From positions 1,617-65,616 of the forward strand of contig JADGCN010000003.1 in NCBI GenBank assembly GCA_015228975.1: a stretch of 64,000 bases of DNA. Direction: 5' to 3'. Both the position numbers and the translations under genes were made by a program. The first letter of the stretch is position 1; the number at the start of each line of letters is the position of its first letter. Shown here piece by piece: positions 36,910 through 46,422 of this stretch. The notes below the pieces were generated by a model. It was not told the DNA's origin. It made no database searches and worked only from the letters and a program-made list of their open reading frames with translations. This DNA comes from Magnetococcales bacterium. Lineage in GTDB: Bacteria > Pseudomonadota > Magnetococcia > Magnetococcales > UBA8363.

Positions 36910-37998
36910 TCAACCATGACGGCGTTCAAACTCTGTCATGAATTGCGCCAGGGCTTCCACCCCTTCATCCGGCATGGCGTTGTAGATGGAGGCACGCATG
37001 CCACCCACCGAACGATGCCCTTTCAAGGTCACCAATCCCGCTTTGTTGGATTCGGAGAGGAAGGTTTCGGTCAGTTCGGGTTTGCTCAGGGTAAAGGGAA
37101 TGTTCATACGCGAGCGGGAATCGACCTGGTTGGGACATTGGTAGAATCCCGAGGCGTCAATGACCTGGTAGAGTCGTTGGGCCTGGCGAATATTGCGTTG
37201 TTCGATGCCGGCCACCCCGCCCTGTTCCTTGATCCAGTCGAGAACCAAACCAAGAATATAAATGGCATAGGTGGGAGGGGTATTGAGCATGGATTGTTCG
37301 GCGGCCTGGGCTTTGTAGTCGAGCATGACCGGCAGGTTCGCTTGACGCCCGAGGAGGTCCTTGCGAATGACCACAACCGTCACGCCGCTGGGTCCCAGAT
37401 TTTTTTGCGCCCCGGCATAAATACACCCGAAACGATTGACATCCAGGGTACGCGACAAAATATTGGAGGACATATCGGCCACCAAGGGTACTTTACCCGT
37501 ATCGGGGGTGTAGTGGTACTCGGTGCCGTAGATGGTATTGTTGGTGGTGATGTGGCAATAAACCGCCTCGGGATTCAAGTTGAGTTCCGTCTGGGTGGGA
37601 ATCCGGGTAAAGGCGACCTCCTCACTGGAGGCGGCGACCCGTATTTTGGAAAAAATCTTTTTAGCTTCTTTCATGGCCTTCTTGGACCAACTGCCGGTCA
37701 GGATGTAATCGGCGGTTTGTTCCTTGGGGTCGGTGATGAGATTCATCGGCAGCATGGCAAACTGCAAGGTCGCCCCGCCTTGTTGGAACAATACCTCATA
37801 ATCGGCGGAAATACCCATCAGGGAACGCAACATCTGTTCGGCGTGTTCGATGATCGCCAAATATTTTTTGGAACGGTGACTCATTTCCATCACCGACATT
37901 CCCGATCCCTGGTAGTCCAGCATTTCATCCCGTGCCCGTTCCAGCACGGGCACGGGCAAGGCGGCAGGGCCTGCACTAAAATTGTAAACGCGTCCCAT
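36910..37998 (-). CDS. serC: Phosphoserine aminotransferase
   Basis: N-terminus MGRVYNFSAGPAALP matches the SerC start (FNFS.GPA.LP). Class V aminotransferase pattern throughout. Alternative upstream starts exist at 38019 and 38028. Confidence 0.9.
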   Translation of the reverse strand: MGRVYNFSAGPAALPVPVLERARDEMLDYQGSGMSVMEMSHRSKKYLAIIEHAEQMLRSLMGISADYEVLFQQGGATLQFAMLPMNLITDPKEQTADYILTGSWSKKAMKEAKKIFSKIRVAASSEEVAFTRIPTQTELNLNPEAVYCHITTNNTIYGTEYHYTPDTGKVPLVADMSSNILSRTLDVNRFGCIYAGAQKNLGPSGVTVVVIRKDLLGRQANLPVMLDYKAQAAEQSMLNTPPTYAIYILGLVLDWIKEQGGVAGIEQRNIRQAQRLYQVIDASGFYQCPNQVDSRSRMNIPFTLSKPELTETFLSESNKAGLVTLKGHRSVGGMRASIYNAMPDEGVEALAQFMTEFERRHG

Positions 37999-38030
37999 GG
38001 GCTCTATTAGCTCCTTCATCAGTGTCAAAG

Positions 38031-38066
38031 AAAAAGGGCGCTTACTGCCGCGCCCGTATTTTTTTT
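38031..38066 (-). terminator. Bidirectional hairpin terminator downstream of acs
   Basis: GGGCGC (38036-38041) / GCGCCC (38050-38055), with an A-run on one side and a T-run on the other. Either strand therefore reads stem-loop plus U-tract. Confidence 0.6.
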
Positions 38067-38087
38067 ATTATCGTTGATTCTTGTGAG

Positions 38088-40019
38088 TCAGTGATTGTGC
38101 CGGTTTTTGATCAGGCTGTCCACTACCGTTGAGTCGGCGAGGGTTGTGGTATCGCCCAAATTGTCCAGTTCGTTGGCGGCAATCTTGCGCAAAATGCGGC
38201 GCATGATCTTGCCGGAGCGGGTTTTGGGCAGTCCTGGCGCCCATTGCACAATGTCCAGATGGGCAATAGCGCCGATTTCATGCCGTACCAGGGCGATCAA
38301 TTCCTTTTCCAACGCTTCGGAAGGTTGTACTCCGTGCATCAAGGTGACATAGGCGTACAACCCATGCCCTTTGATGGGGTGCGGATAGCCCACCACGGCG
38401 GCCTCGGCGACTTTATCATGCAGCACCAGGGCGCTTTCGATTTCTGCCGTGCCCAGGTTGTGGCCGGAGACGATGATCACATCATCCACCCGTCCGGTGA
38501 TCCAATAATAGCCGTCCTCATCACGGCGGCAGCCATCGCCGGTAAAATATTTACCGGGCACCGCCGACAGGTAGGTTTCAATGAAGCGTTGATGGTTGCC
38601 ATAAATGGTACGCATCATGCTCGGCCAGGAGCGCGCCATGACCAGATTACCCTCGGTTGCCCCTTCCAATACCTTGCCATCCGGGTTGGTGAGTTGCGGT
38701 TCGACTCCAAAGAACGGTCGGGTGGCCGACCCGGGTTTGAGTGGCGTACAACCGGGCAGCGGGGTGATCATGATGGCGCCGGTTTCGGTTTGCCACCAGG
38801 TATCGACGATGGGGCAGCGCGCCTCACCGACACAATGGTAATACCATTCCCAGGCTTCGGGATTGATGGGTTCTCCGACCGATCCCAGGAGGCGTAACGA
38901 TTTCCGACTGGTCTTCTTGACGATCGCATCCCCCATGCCCATGAGGGAACGGATGGCGGTCGGGGCCGTATAGAAAATGGTCACCTTGTGTTTGTCGATC
39001 ACTTGCCAAAAGCGCGAACCATCGGGATAGGTGGGTATGCCTTCAAACATCAGGGTCGTTGCGCCGTTGGTCAGCGGGCCATAGACGATGTAGGAGTGTC
39101 CGGTGACCCAGCCGACATCGGCGGTACACCAATATACATCGCCATCGTGATAATCAAAGATGAACTTGTGGGTCATGGCCGCCATCAGGTTGTAGCCGGC
39201 GGTGCCGTGTTGTACCCCTTTGGGCTTGCCGGTGGAACCGGATGTGTACAGGATGAACAGGGGATCTTCGGCATCCATTTCCACGGCGGGGCAGGAGGGT
39301 TCCACCCGTGCGGCAGCTTCGTGGTACCAGATATCACGCCCTTCCACCCAATGGACTTCGGTACCGCTGTGGCGGACGGTGACAACGGTGGAGACGTTGG
39401 GACAGGATTTCAGGGCTTCATCGACATTGGCCCGAAGCGGGACAATTTTGCCGCCGCGAAATCCCCCATCGGCGGTGATGACGGTGTGACAGTCGGAGTC
39501 GAGGATGCGATCCTTGATGGAGTCGGGGGAGAAACCGCCAAAAACCACCGAATGAATGGCTCCGATCCGGGCGCAGGCCAACATGGCCACTGCCGCTTCG
39601 ATAATCATGGGGAGGTAGATGCACACCCGATCCCCCTTGTTCACCCCGCGCCCTTTCAGGATGTTGGCCATCCGGCACACCTCGGCATGCAACTGCCGGT
39701 AGGTGATCCGGCGATCCGAGCCGGGATCATCCCCTTCCCAAATAATGGCAATCTGGTCGCCCCGGGTTTCAAGATGGCGGTCCAGACAGTTGTAGGAAAC
39801 ATTGGTTTTTCCGCCTTCAAACCAGCGGATACGCCCTTTTTTCAGATCACAATCCTGCACCCGGTCCCAAGGCTTGAACCAATGGAGGAATTCCCGTGCG
39901 CGCTCACTCCAGAAGGTATTGGGATCATCAAGTGACTGGCGATACCATCGCTGATAGGTTTCTTCGTTGATGAAGGCATTACGGGCAAAATCCTGATTTA
40001 CGGGGTAGATTTTACTCAT
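38088..40019 (-). CDS. acs: Acetyl-CoA synthetase
   Basis: Acs-type N-terminus [29 protein letters not shown]-binding motif [12 protein letters not shown]-terminal [11 protein letters not shown]. The start is ATG 40019, preceded by GAGGAG. The annotated 700-aa ORF is over-extended. Confidence 0.95.
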   Translation of the reverse strand: MSKIYPVNQDFARNAFINEETYQRWYRQSLDDPNTFWSERAREFLHWFKPWDRVQDCDLKKGRIRWFEGGKTNVSYNCLDRHLETRGDQIAIIWEGDDPGSDRRITYRQLHAEVCRMANILKGRGVNKGDRVCIYLPMIIEAAVAMLACARIGAIHSVVFGGFSPDSIKDRILDSDCHTVITADGGFRGGKIVPLRANVDEALKSCPNVSTVVTVRHSGTEVHWVEGRDIWYHEAAARVEPSCPAVEMDAEDPLFILYTSGSTGKPKGVQHGTAGYNLMAAMTHKFIFDYHDGDVYWCTADVGWVTGHSYIVYGPLTNGATTLMFEGIPTYPDGSRFWQVIDKHKVTIFYTAPTAIRSLMGMGDAIVKKTSRKSLRLLGSVGEPINPEAWEWYYHCVGEARCPIVDTWWQTETGAIMITPLPGCTPLKPGSATRPFFGVEPQLTNPDGKVLEGATEGNLVMARSWPSMMRTIYGNHQRFIETYLSAVPGKYFTGDGCRRDEDGYYWITGRVDDVIIVSGHNLGTAEIESALVLHDKVAEAAVVGYPHPIKGHGLYAYVTLMHGVQPSEALEKELIALVRHEIGAIAHLDIVQWAPGLPKTRSGKIMRRILRKIAANELDNLGDTTTLADSTVVDSLIKNRHNH

Positions 40020-40420
40020 GGTACTCCTCGCCGCTGATGATGCCTGTACTGTGGAGCGGTGGCATCGCATGGTGGAAGAAAACACGCCCAACGAGTCGGG
40101 CGATTGGTTTTTGGTTATTATCCGAACGTAGCGAGACGGGTGTTGTTGGTACAGACCGCCCGCCAAAGCTGCTTCAAGGGCATTATTCAATCATGTCATC
40201 GGGTGAGGAACAGCTCCTTTGGTGGTATTCTGTCACAAGGCGATGCCATAAGACGAGTTCGCTTTTGAATACAGGCGACAGCACGGCTTCTTGTTCAATA
40301 ATATTTGGCGCTTTTCATGCATGTCATGTCTGTCATGATCCTTTAGCAACCATGCCGTTCCCCAATTTATAAGACTGGACTCCTCTGGTCACGGGGAACT
40401 TTTTACCCGGGAGGAAAATA

Positions 40421-40657
40421 ATGGCCATACCCTCTGTTCACGGTCTCATGAGCGATGTCGGTCACATGCAGGCGACACGCGCAGTCCACGCCAGGGAAGC
40501 CTTGGCGGCCAAGGTTCACAGCACTGCCGGGCAAACATCGACCACGATTGCCCACAACAACAGCGTTCCCAATCATGTGAAATCCCAAGCTTTTACGGTC
40601 AGTATTTCCAAGGCGGCGATGACCCAGTTCCAAAGCATCAATGCCAACAATCAATGA
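40421..40657 (+). CDS. Small hypothetical protein (78 aa)
   Basis: Strong RBS (GGGAGGAAAATA-ATG). S/T/A/Q/N-rich with no hydrophobic core. There is a faint resemblance (TVSISKAAMTQFQ) to the N-terminal disordered part of FlgM/YjfB-type small flagellar proteins. This is not enough for a call. Confidence 0.4.
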   Translation: MAIPSVHGLMSDVGHMQATRAVHAREALAAKVHSTAGQTSTTIAHNNSVPNHVKSQAFTVSISKAAMTQFQSINANNQ

Positions 40658-40682
40658 CCAGTTGGTATGCGCGATTCCCACA

Positions 40683-41540
40683 TCAAGAGAATAACACGGT
40701 CGCCATTTTGGAACGATACAGCGCGACCAGGGGATGATCGCCCCCCAGCATTGCGAAGGTATTGATCAGGGCGTGTTTGGCGGCTTCATCCTGGAATTGA
40801 CGGTCTTTGCGTAACACCTCCAACAATTGATCCATCCCTTCGGCATACCGTTCGGCTCCGATCAAGGCTTGTCCATACTGGATTTTGGCCTGGAGATCGG
40901 TCGGATTGGCGGTTATGCGTGCGTGCCATTGTTCCAGATCCCCCTGATCACCGGCGAATGCCAGGCGTGCCTTGATTTTGACAGCCTCGGGTGATGCCGC
41001 GGTCTTGGGGCTGATGCGGGCGAACAGGTGTTTGGCCTCTTCGACATCGCCCCGTTCCAGGAAAATCTGCGTCAAAAGCAGCAACGTTGGACCATGTTGC
41101 GAATCCAGGGCCAAGGTATCCTGACTGATGCGTTCGGCCTGTTCGATGTCACCTTCCTGAAACAGTTGTTGGGCAATGACAGCGCGTCGATCCGCCGGGG
41201 ATGGGAGGGCCCTGTCCAAAAATTGGCGGATGGCCGTTTCCGGCAATGCCCCGGTAAACTCATCCTTGACCTCGCCATCGACAAATAATTTGACAGCCGG
41301 AATCCCTTTGACCTTCCACTGCATGGCCAATCGTTTGTTGCGATCGGAATCGATCTTGGCCAAAATAAACTGGCCATTGAATTCTTTGGCCAATTTTTCC
41401 AGCGTTGGTCCCAGGATGCGGCAGGGTCCACACCATGCGGCCCAAAAATCCACCAATACGGGGGTTGCCGACGAACGCTGCAACACCTGCTCCGAAAACC
41501 CCGACTCATCAACATTGATGATCCATTGATTGTCAGCCAT
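40683..41540 (-). CDS. Thioredoxin-domain plus TPR protein (YbbN/CnoX-like co-chaperone)
   Basis: VLVDFWAAWCGPCRILGP active-site motif followed by a TPR-like helical C-terminal half. The start is ATG 41540 (MADNQWIINVDE...). Confidence 0.85.
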   Translation of the reverse strand: MADNQWIINVDESGFSEQVLQRSSATPVLVDFWAAWCGPCRILGPTLEKLAKEFNGQFILAKIDSDRNKRLAMQWKVKGIPAVKLFVDGEVKDEFTGALPETAIRQFLDRALPSPADRRAVIAQQLFQEGDIEQAERISQDTLALDSQHGPTLLLLTQIFLERGDVEEAKHLFARISPKTAASPEAVKIKARLAFAGDQGDLEQWHARITANPTDLQAKIQYGQALIGAERYAEGMDQLLEVLRKDRQFQDEAAKHALINTFAMLGGDHPLVALYRSKMATVLFS

Positions 41541-41583
41541 CCCAACACCTCTTGCTGTCATGTTACAATCTTGAATGTTATTG

Positions 41584-42426
41584 TTACAGATCAACCACCT
41601 CAACGGCGTCCATGTTGAGTTGTGGCAGAAAACGCGCCGCCACTTCGCGAAAGCGGGCGGCGGCATCGGTGACATAATAATGGACGAACTGCCGTCGCGC
41701 TGCCGGCAGGACGATACCGGCTCCCATCAAACGATTCAGCGCCAAGGCGACCGCCTGAGCCGAATCGACCAGCGTGGTGGCGGAACCCAGGATATCGGCA
41801 ATTTTTGGTTTCAGGATGGGATAATGGGTACACCCGAGGATGAGGGCGTCCACTGGATTGTCGATGAAGGGTTGTAAACTTTCCCGAATCAGAAGTCGTG
41901 CCGAGGGATAGTTGGTCCACCCTTCTTCCACGAGCGGAACAAATAGGGGGCATGATAACGAGCGGATCACATATTCTGGAACCAACAGGGCCAGAGTTCG
42001 GGCATAGGCACCACTGGTGATGGTACCGTGGGTGCCGATAACGCCGATGCAACGGGGACGGTCACCGTCTGGAGTGGCCAATGCGCCATCCCGGAACAGT
42101 CCGACCGCCGCCTGACACCCTGGTTCAATCACTCCTAGAATGGGTACTTCGCAATGCGCCCGCAACGCGGGCAGACCCAAAGCCGAGGCGGTATTGCAGG
42201 CGACAACCAACCCCTTCACCCCCTGACGCAATAAAAATTCGGCAACCTGGATGGTGTAGCGTTGTACGGTGGCGGGTGATTTGGTTCCGTAGGGGACGCG
42301 GGCGGTATCTCCCAGATAGATGAATGTTTCATCAGGGAATTTTACCAGCAATTCCTGCAGGACGGTCAGTCCGCCGACGCCGGAGTCGAAGATGCCGATG
42401 GGCCTATGGTCGTATGGGTAGCTCAT
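41584..42426 (-). CDS. murI: Glutamate racemase
   Basis: IGIFDSGVGGLTV, VVACNTAS and LILGCTHYP motifs carrying the two catalytic Cys contexts. The start is ATG 42426. Confidence 0.9.
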   Translation of the reverse strand: MSYPYDHRPIGIFDSGVGGLTVLQELLVKFPDETFIYLGDTARVPYGTKSPATVQRYTIQVAEFLLRQGVKGLVVACNTASALGLPALRAHCEVPILGVIEPGCQAAVGLFRDGALATPDGDRPRCIGVIGTHGTITSGAYARTLALLVPEYVIRSLSCPLFVPLVEEGWTNYPSARLLIRESLQPFIDNPVDALILGCTHYPILKPKIADILGSATTLVDSAQAVALALNRLMGAGIVLPAARRQFVHYYVTDAAARFREVAARFLPQLNMDAVEVVDL

Positions 42427-42510
42427 GCAACAGAGTTTAGCGCCTCTTTCCTTCAATGAAAACGGTTGCCAACAACGATCCGGTTTGATAATTTGCCCCA
42501 TGCCAGAGTC

Positions 42511-42595
42511 GCGGATGTGGTGGAACTGGTAGACACGCTGTCTTGAGGGGGCAGTGGCGTGAGCCGTGCCGGTTCGAGTCCGGCCATCCGCACCA
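42511..42595 (+). tRNA. tRNA-Leu (anticodon GAG)
   Basis: Acceptor stem GCGGATG/CATCCGC. Anticodon stem CTGTC/GGCAG with loop TTGAGGG. Long variable arm, T-arm GCCGG-TTCGAGT-CCGGC and an encoded CCA. Confidence 0.9.
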
Positions 42596-42655
42596 TTTTA
42601 CCAACCTGTCATGGGTTGGCCGAACTGATCTTCTGGCGGACCCTTCGGAAAAGAG

Positions 42656-43789
42656 ATGGCCATGCCGCCCAGCCACGACCCGCCTGCCAGTGCATTTACC
42701 AAAAAGCATGTGTTCGCGGGGATTGTGGCAACGTTGTCCGTGATCTTCGTGTTGTTGCTCTTGGCGGAGGGGGTGGTACGGGTGCGCCAATGGTGGTTGT
42801 ATGGCTCCCTGTTCCAGTTGGAAGACGTCAAGGTACGTCAGGATATCGGAGGTCTCGATACCCCCAAGCCGGGTTATGAAACCCGCAGTATTCGCATCAA
42901 CTCCCTGGGTTTCCGTGGCCCTGAGCTGGTTGTTCCCAAACCTGCCGGTACTTTGCGCTTGGCTTTTCTGGGTGGTTCCACCACCTTTTGTGCCGAGGTC
43001 AGCAGTAATGAAGCGGTGTGGGCGCACCGGGTTTGGCACGATCTGCAGCAACGCTATCCCAAGATTCGCATCGACTACGTCAACGCCGGGGTGACTGCGT
43101 ACACCACACTGCATTCGCTGGGCATCTATAAACAACAGGTCGCCCAACTGCAACCCGATGTGGTTTTCATCTACCATGCCACCAACGACATGACCTATGA
43201 GGTGTATTCCCTGGCCGAGTCACAGGGTCTCGTGAGCCGACCCCAGCCAACCAGTTGGTTGGGACGCTATTCGTTGCTTTGGTTTTTGGTGGAAAAGAAT
43301 TATCAGATCCGTGTCATTCAGGCGAACAAGAAGCATATAGAGTCCCTCCCAGATGATTTTGGTCAATCATTTGCGGTTAATCTGACCCAATTGATCCAGG
43401 AAGTCAAACAAGGGGTTGACTTGGTGGCGGTCATTACCTGGAGTCAGCAAATGCGTCAAGGGCATACGAAGGATGTCAATCGTCGTGCCGCCGCTTCGGC
43501 GCAATTTTACATGCCATCTCTGGCCCCGGAGCAAATTTTACAGGGGTATGCGCGGTACAATGGCGTGATCAGGCGCGTGGCTCGGGAAACGGGATCGGTG
43601 CTGATCGCCGATGAGGATCGCATTCCCGGTGACCCGGTGCATTTCAACGATTCGGTGCATTTCACCGATGCGGGCAGTCGGGTTATGGCCGAGAGGGTTA
43701 TCGATGGATTGCTTGCGGACCCGCGCTGGCACGAGTTTGTCAGACGGTTTGCTGAACGGCATCCCGATTCTGTGAAAACATCGCCATGA
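42656..43789 (+). CDS. SGNH/GDSL-family hydrolase, membrane anchored
   Basis: N-terminal TM helix. Block I-like LAFLGGSTTF, block V-like DSVHFTDAG (DxxH), and YHATNDM between them. Confidence 0.65.
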   Translation: MAMPPSHDPPASAFTKKHVFAGIVATLSVIFVLLLLAEGVVRVRQWWLYGSLFQLEDVKVRQDIGGLDTPKPGYETRSIRINSLGFRGPELVVPKPAGTLRLAFLGGSTTFCAEVSSNEAVWAHRVWHDLQQRYPKIRIDYVNAGVTAYTTLHSLGIYKQQVAQLQPDVVFIYHATNDMTYEVYSLAESQGLVSRPQPTSWLGRYSLLWFLVEKNYQIRVIQANKKHIESLPDDFGQSFAVNLTQLIQEVKQGVDLVAVITWSQQMRQGHTKDVNRRAAASAQFYMPSLAPEQILQGYARYNGVIRRVARETGSVLIADEDRIPGDPVHFNDSVHFTDAGSRVMAERVIDGLLADPRWHEFVRRFAERHPDSVKTSP

Positions 43790-43851
43790 CATCCCCTGGC
43801 AACGGTGTTCTCCAGGGTACCATTACCAGCTTCGTGGTACGAACTCCCTGT

Positions 43852-43880
43852 CATTGGCCAGCTTGACGCTGTGGCCAATG
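43852..43880. terminator. Hairpin between convergent genes (possible terminator)
   Basis: Perfect 9-bp inverted repeat CATTGGCCA-N11-TGGCCAATG. There is no clear U-tract on either strand. Confidence 0.3.
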
Positions 43881-43918
43881 TGAATGAAAAATCCGCTTTT
43901 TCCTGGGTGTCCAGTCAA

Positions 43919-44167
43919 TCAAGCCACCGCCTCTTGTTGTAACCGCTCCAAAAGGAATTCTGGCGCAAAATCGGCACCATTGGCCCAAACGACGGTTCCT
44001 AATTCCTGGTCCACTCGAACGGATGCAAAGGCGGTTTTGTCTTTCAAAGGTAAAAATATCTCTCCCCACAATTCTGGCTCAAGATTCACGATGCCAACGG
44101 TTCCGTTATCAAACGTCAGCCACAAACAGTAGTCTCCCAAATAATTCACGTCGGTAACATGTACCAT
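43919..44167 (-). CDS. DUF2442 domain protein
   Basis: 82 aa. V.DV.YLGDY.LWL.F.NG....VNL pattern and the C-terminal ...VVWANGADFAPEFL are typical of DUF2442. Confidence 0.75.
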   Translation of the reverse strand: MVHVTDVNYLGDYCLWLTFDNGTVGIVNLEPELWGEIFLPLKDKTAFASVRVDQELGTVVWANGADFAPEFLLERLQQEAVA

Positions 44168-44172
44168 GGCAG

Positions 44173-44431
44173 TTACTCCAAAGGGTCAATATTCACCAAC
44201 GGTTGATGACGCTGCACACGGTCCCAGTTCTCCTGCAACTCTTTTTGATGCATAGAACGCCACTCCTGGATCAAACTCATTGCCCGACGTGGATAAAGTT
44301 CCTTCAAGCACTACACCATCCAATCCTACCATCACTTCAAACCCACTATATTTGGCGTGAAAGTGTGGGGGTAGGTGGTCGTTCCAATGCATGAAAATCA
44401 CGATTCCAAGGAATCGACTCAGGACAGGCAT
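44173..44431 (-). pseudogene. DUF4160 domain gene with a +1 frameshift
   Basis: The N-terminus MPVLSRFLGIVIFMHWNDHLPPHFHAKYSGFEV is canonical DUF4160. After ..VVLEG the annotated frame turns into non-family sequence. The adjacent frame reads LYPRRAMSLIQEWRSMHQKELQENWDRVQRHQPLVNIDPLE-stop, which is the canonical C-terminus, and ends 5 nt before the DUF2442 ATG. Confidence 0.7.
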
Positions 44432-44714
44432 GTTATCCGTTTACCTTTTTCGACAACTTCCAAGAGCATCAACCCCTACATGACCCCTTGCATTGGGCAA
44501 GAATACCACGATCAATTTAAAATTGCAGACAAAAAAATGCTATTTATTCCTTGAGTTGGACTCTGTACCATTGACCGGGGCCGGGTAGTGTGGTGACAAT
44601 GATTGGCGAAAGAGACAAGATTGGCTTACCCTTTGAAGGACTTTGCCCCTCATTCATTGCTGGAAAGGGGCTCGGAGCCCCGAATTTACCCTTCAAACCC
44701 GCAACAGGGAGAAC

Positions 44715-45758
44715 ATGGAACACGTGCGCGATTTTCACTCTGCCCAAATGCCTATTTTGCATTTTTTGCTAAAAAACTATAAAAATTTCAATGCGCGAGC
44801 AACACGCGACGCCTTGTTAGCCTATTGGCGGCACATTGAAGCGGGAGGAAAAATGTTTTGGGCCATGGCGGGAGCCATGTCATCGGCCCAACTGGGTATT
44901 TCCCTGGCCCCGGCCATTCGTGCCGGCTTGGTCCATGGATTTTCGGTCACCGGGGCCAATTTGGAAGAATCGTTGTTTCGTTTGGTTGCGCATCAACATT
45001 ATCGTGATTTCCCCGATTATCGCTATTTGAGTAAAAAAGACGACGATGCCATTCTGCAACAGCATATGCGCCGCGTGACCGATACCAGTATCCCCGAAGA
45101 TGAGGCATTCCGTGCCGTGGAAAAAATTCTCGTACCCATGTGGGTCGAAGCCTCGCAAAGTGGCGGCAGGTTGTTTTGGCATCAATATTTCTATAAGTTG
45201 ATACAGACGGTCGCCCTGGAACACTGTACCGGTTCCCCGGATGAATGTTGGTTATTGGCTGCGGCCCATGCCAACCTGCCCATCGTTGTGCCGGGTTATG
45301 AAGATTCCACCTTTGGCAACATTTTCGCTTCCTACGTCAAGACGGGGGAATGTTCCGCCGCCATTGTCAAATCGGGCATTGAAGCCATGGCTTGGTTTTA
45401 TGACGAGTACCTTTCCTTGTCTCAAGGTCCTGGTGTGGGATTTTTCCAAATAGGAGGGGGCATCGCCGGTGATTTTCCCATTTGTGTGGTTCCTTCCATC
45501 AAATACGATCTCAAACAAGAAGTAAAACCTTGGGCTTATTTTTGCCAGATATCCGATTCCACAACCTCCTACGGCTCTTATTCCGGGGCTACCCCCAACG
45601 AAAAAATTACCTGGGACAAGCTGACAACCGACACGCCCATGTTTGTTATCGAGTCGGACGCCACCCTGGTTGTCCCTTTGATTCTCAACGCTTTGTTGGA
45701 GTGCAGCCAGAATCCGCAACAAGCCAATGCCATGATAGCGGCGTTTATCGAAGGATGA
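44715..45758 (+). CDS. Deoxyhypusine synthase family protein (bacterial DHS-like / homospermidine synthase-like)
   Basis: The 347-aa form starts at ATG 44715, preceded by AGGGAGAAC. Family pattern AMAGAMSSAQLG...GFSVTGANLEE...IVVPGYEDSTFGN...QIGGGIAGDFPI...DSTTSYGSYSGATPNEKITW. Confidence 0.8.
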   Translation: MEHVRDFHSAQMPILHFLLKNYKNFNARATRDALLAYWRHIEAGGKMFWAMAGAMSSAQLGISLAPAIRAGLVHGFSVTGANLEESLFRLVAHQHYRDFPDYRYLSKKDDDAILQQHMRRVTDTSIPEDEAFRAVEKILVPMWVEASQSGGRLFWHQYFYKLIQTVALEHCTGSPDECWLLAAAHANLPIVVPGYEDSTFGNIFASYVKTGECSAAIVKSGIEAMAWFYDEYLSLSQGPGVGFFQIGGGIAGDFPICVVPSIKYDLKQEVKPWAYFCQISDSTTSYGSYSGATPNEKITWDKLTTDTPMFVIESDATLVVPLILNALLECSQNPQQANAMIAAFIEG

Positions 45759-45765
45759 TCCAAAG

Positions 45766-46386
45766 ATGATGATGCCACGGGGTGACCGCGATCTGTCTTG
45801 TTTGCGTTCGGCTGGGTTTACCCTGTTGGAGTTGAGTGTTGTCCTGATCATTGTCACTTTATTGTTGGGATCGGTGTTGCGCGGCGAAAAAATCCTGGAT
45901 GATACGCGTGTGCAACGGATGGGATTGGACCAGGCCGCCATTGGTTCGGCTATCCGGGTTTACGTAGAGCAGTACCATTTTTTGCCTGGTGATGATCCCC
46001 GGGCCAGTAGCCGATGGCCCGGGGCGGTTGATGGCAATGGTGATGGTTGGTTGGATCCGCAGTCGATGGAAGCGCAGCATGCCTGGGCACACCTGCGCTT
46101 GGCCCGACTCTTCCAGGCCCCTTTATCTCCTCAAGGGCTGCCGCAACATGCCGGGGGTGGTGCTGTGCGTTTGGTCCCGGATGCCGTAGGTCAGCCAGGT
46201 TTGAGCGTGTGCATGGACGACGTTTCCTCCCTGGAAGCGGCCGCTCTGGACCGGCGTTTTGATGACGGTGATGCGGCAATGGGACGTGTTCGCCGTTGGG
46301 TGGTCACCACGGACGAAACAGCCAGTGTGTCCCGGACAACTTGGCCGGTGACCGGGGAGAGTGTCACCGTGTGCATTGCCCTGTGA
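45766..46386 (+). CDS. Prepilin-type N-terminal cleavage/methylation domain protein (pseudopilin-like)
   Basis: AGFTLLELSVVLIIVTLLLGSVL matches the class III signal (G/FTLxE plus hydrophobic helix). No other pilus or T2SS genes are nearby. Confidence 0.65.
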   Translation: MMMPRGDRDLSCLRSAGFTLLELSVVLIIVTLLLGSVLRGEKILDDTRVQRMGLDQAAIGSAIRVYVEQYHFLPGDDPRASSRWPGAVDGNGDGWLDPQSMEAQHAWAHLRLARLFQAPLSPQGLPQHAGGGAVRLVPDAVGQPGLSVCMDDVSSLEAAALDRRFDDGDAAMGRVRRWVVTTDETASVSRTTWPVTGESVTVCIAL

Positions 46387-46422
46387 CAGAAACGCTCGGA
46401 TCAGGATGGGGGCGCAAACATT

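Noticed and set aside
36901-38010. 369-aa plus-strand ORF.
   Set aside because: It lies exactly antisense to serC, which has unambiguous family motifs. No RBS or motifs support the ORF.
38988-39935. 315-aa plus-strand ORF.
   Set aside because: It is antisense to acs and is a shadow ORF.
43034-43049. TGGCAC motif resembling a sigma-54 -24 element.
   Set aside because: The GG-to-GC spacing is two nt too short for the -24/-12 consensus, and the site is inside the SGNH hydrolase coding region.
42437-43177. 246-aa minus-strand ORF.
   Set aside because: It crosses the tRNA-Leu gene and is antisense to the SGNH hydrolase gene. It has no motifs.
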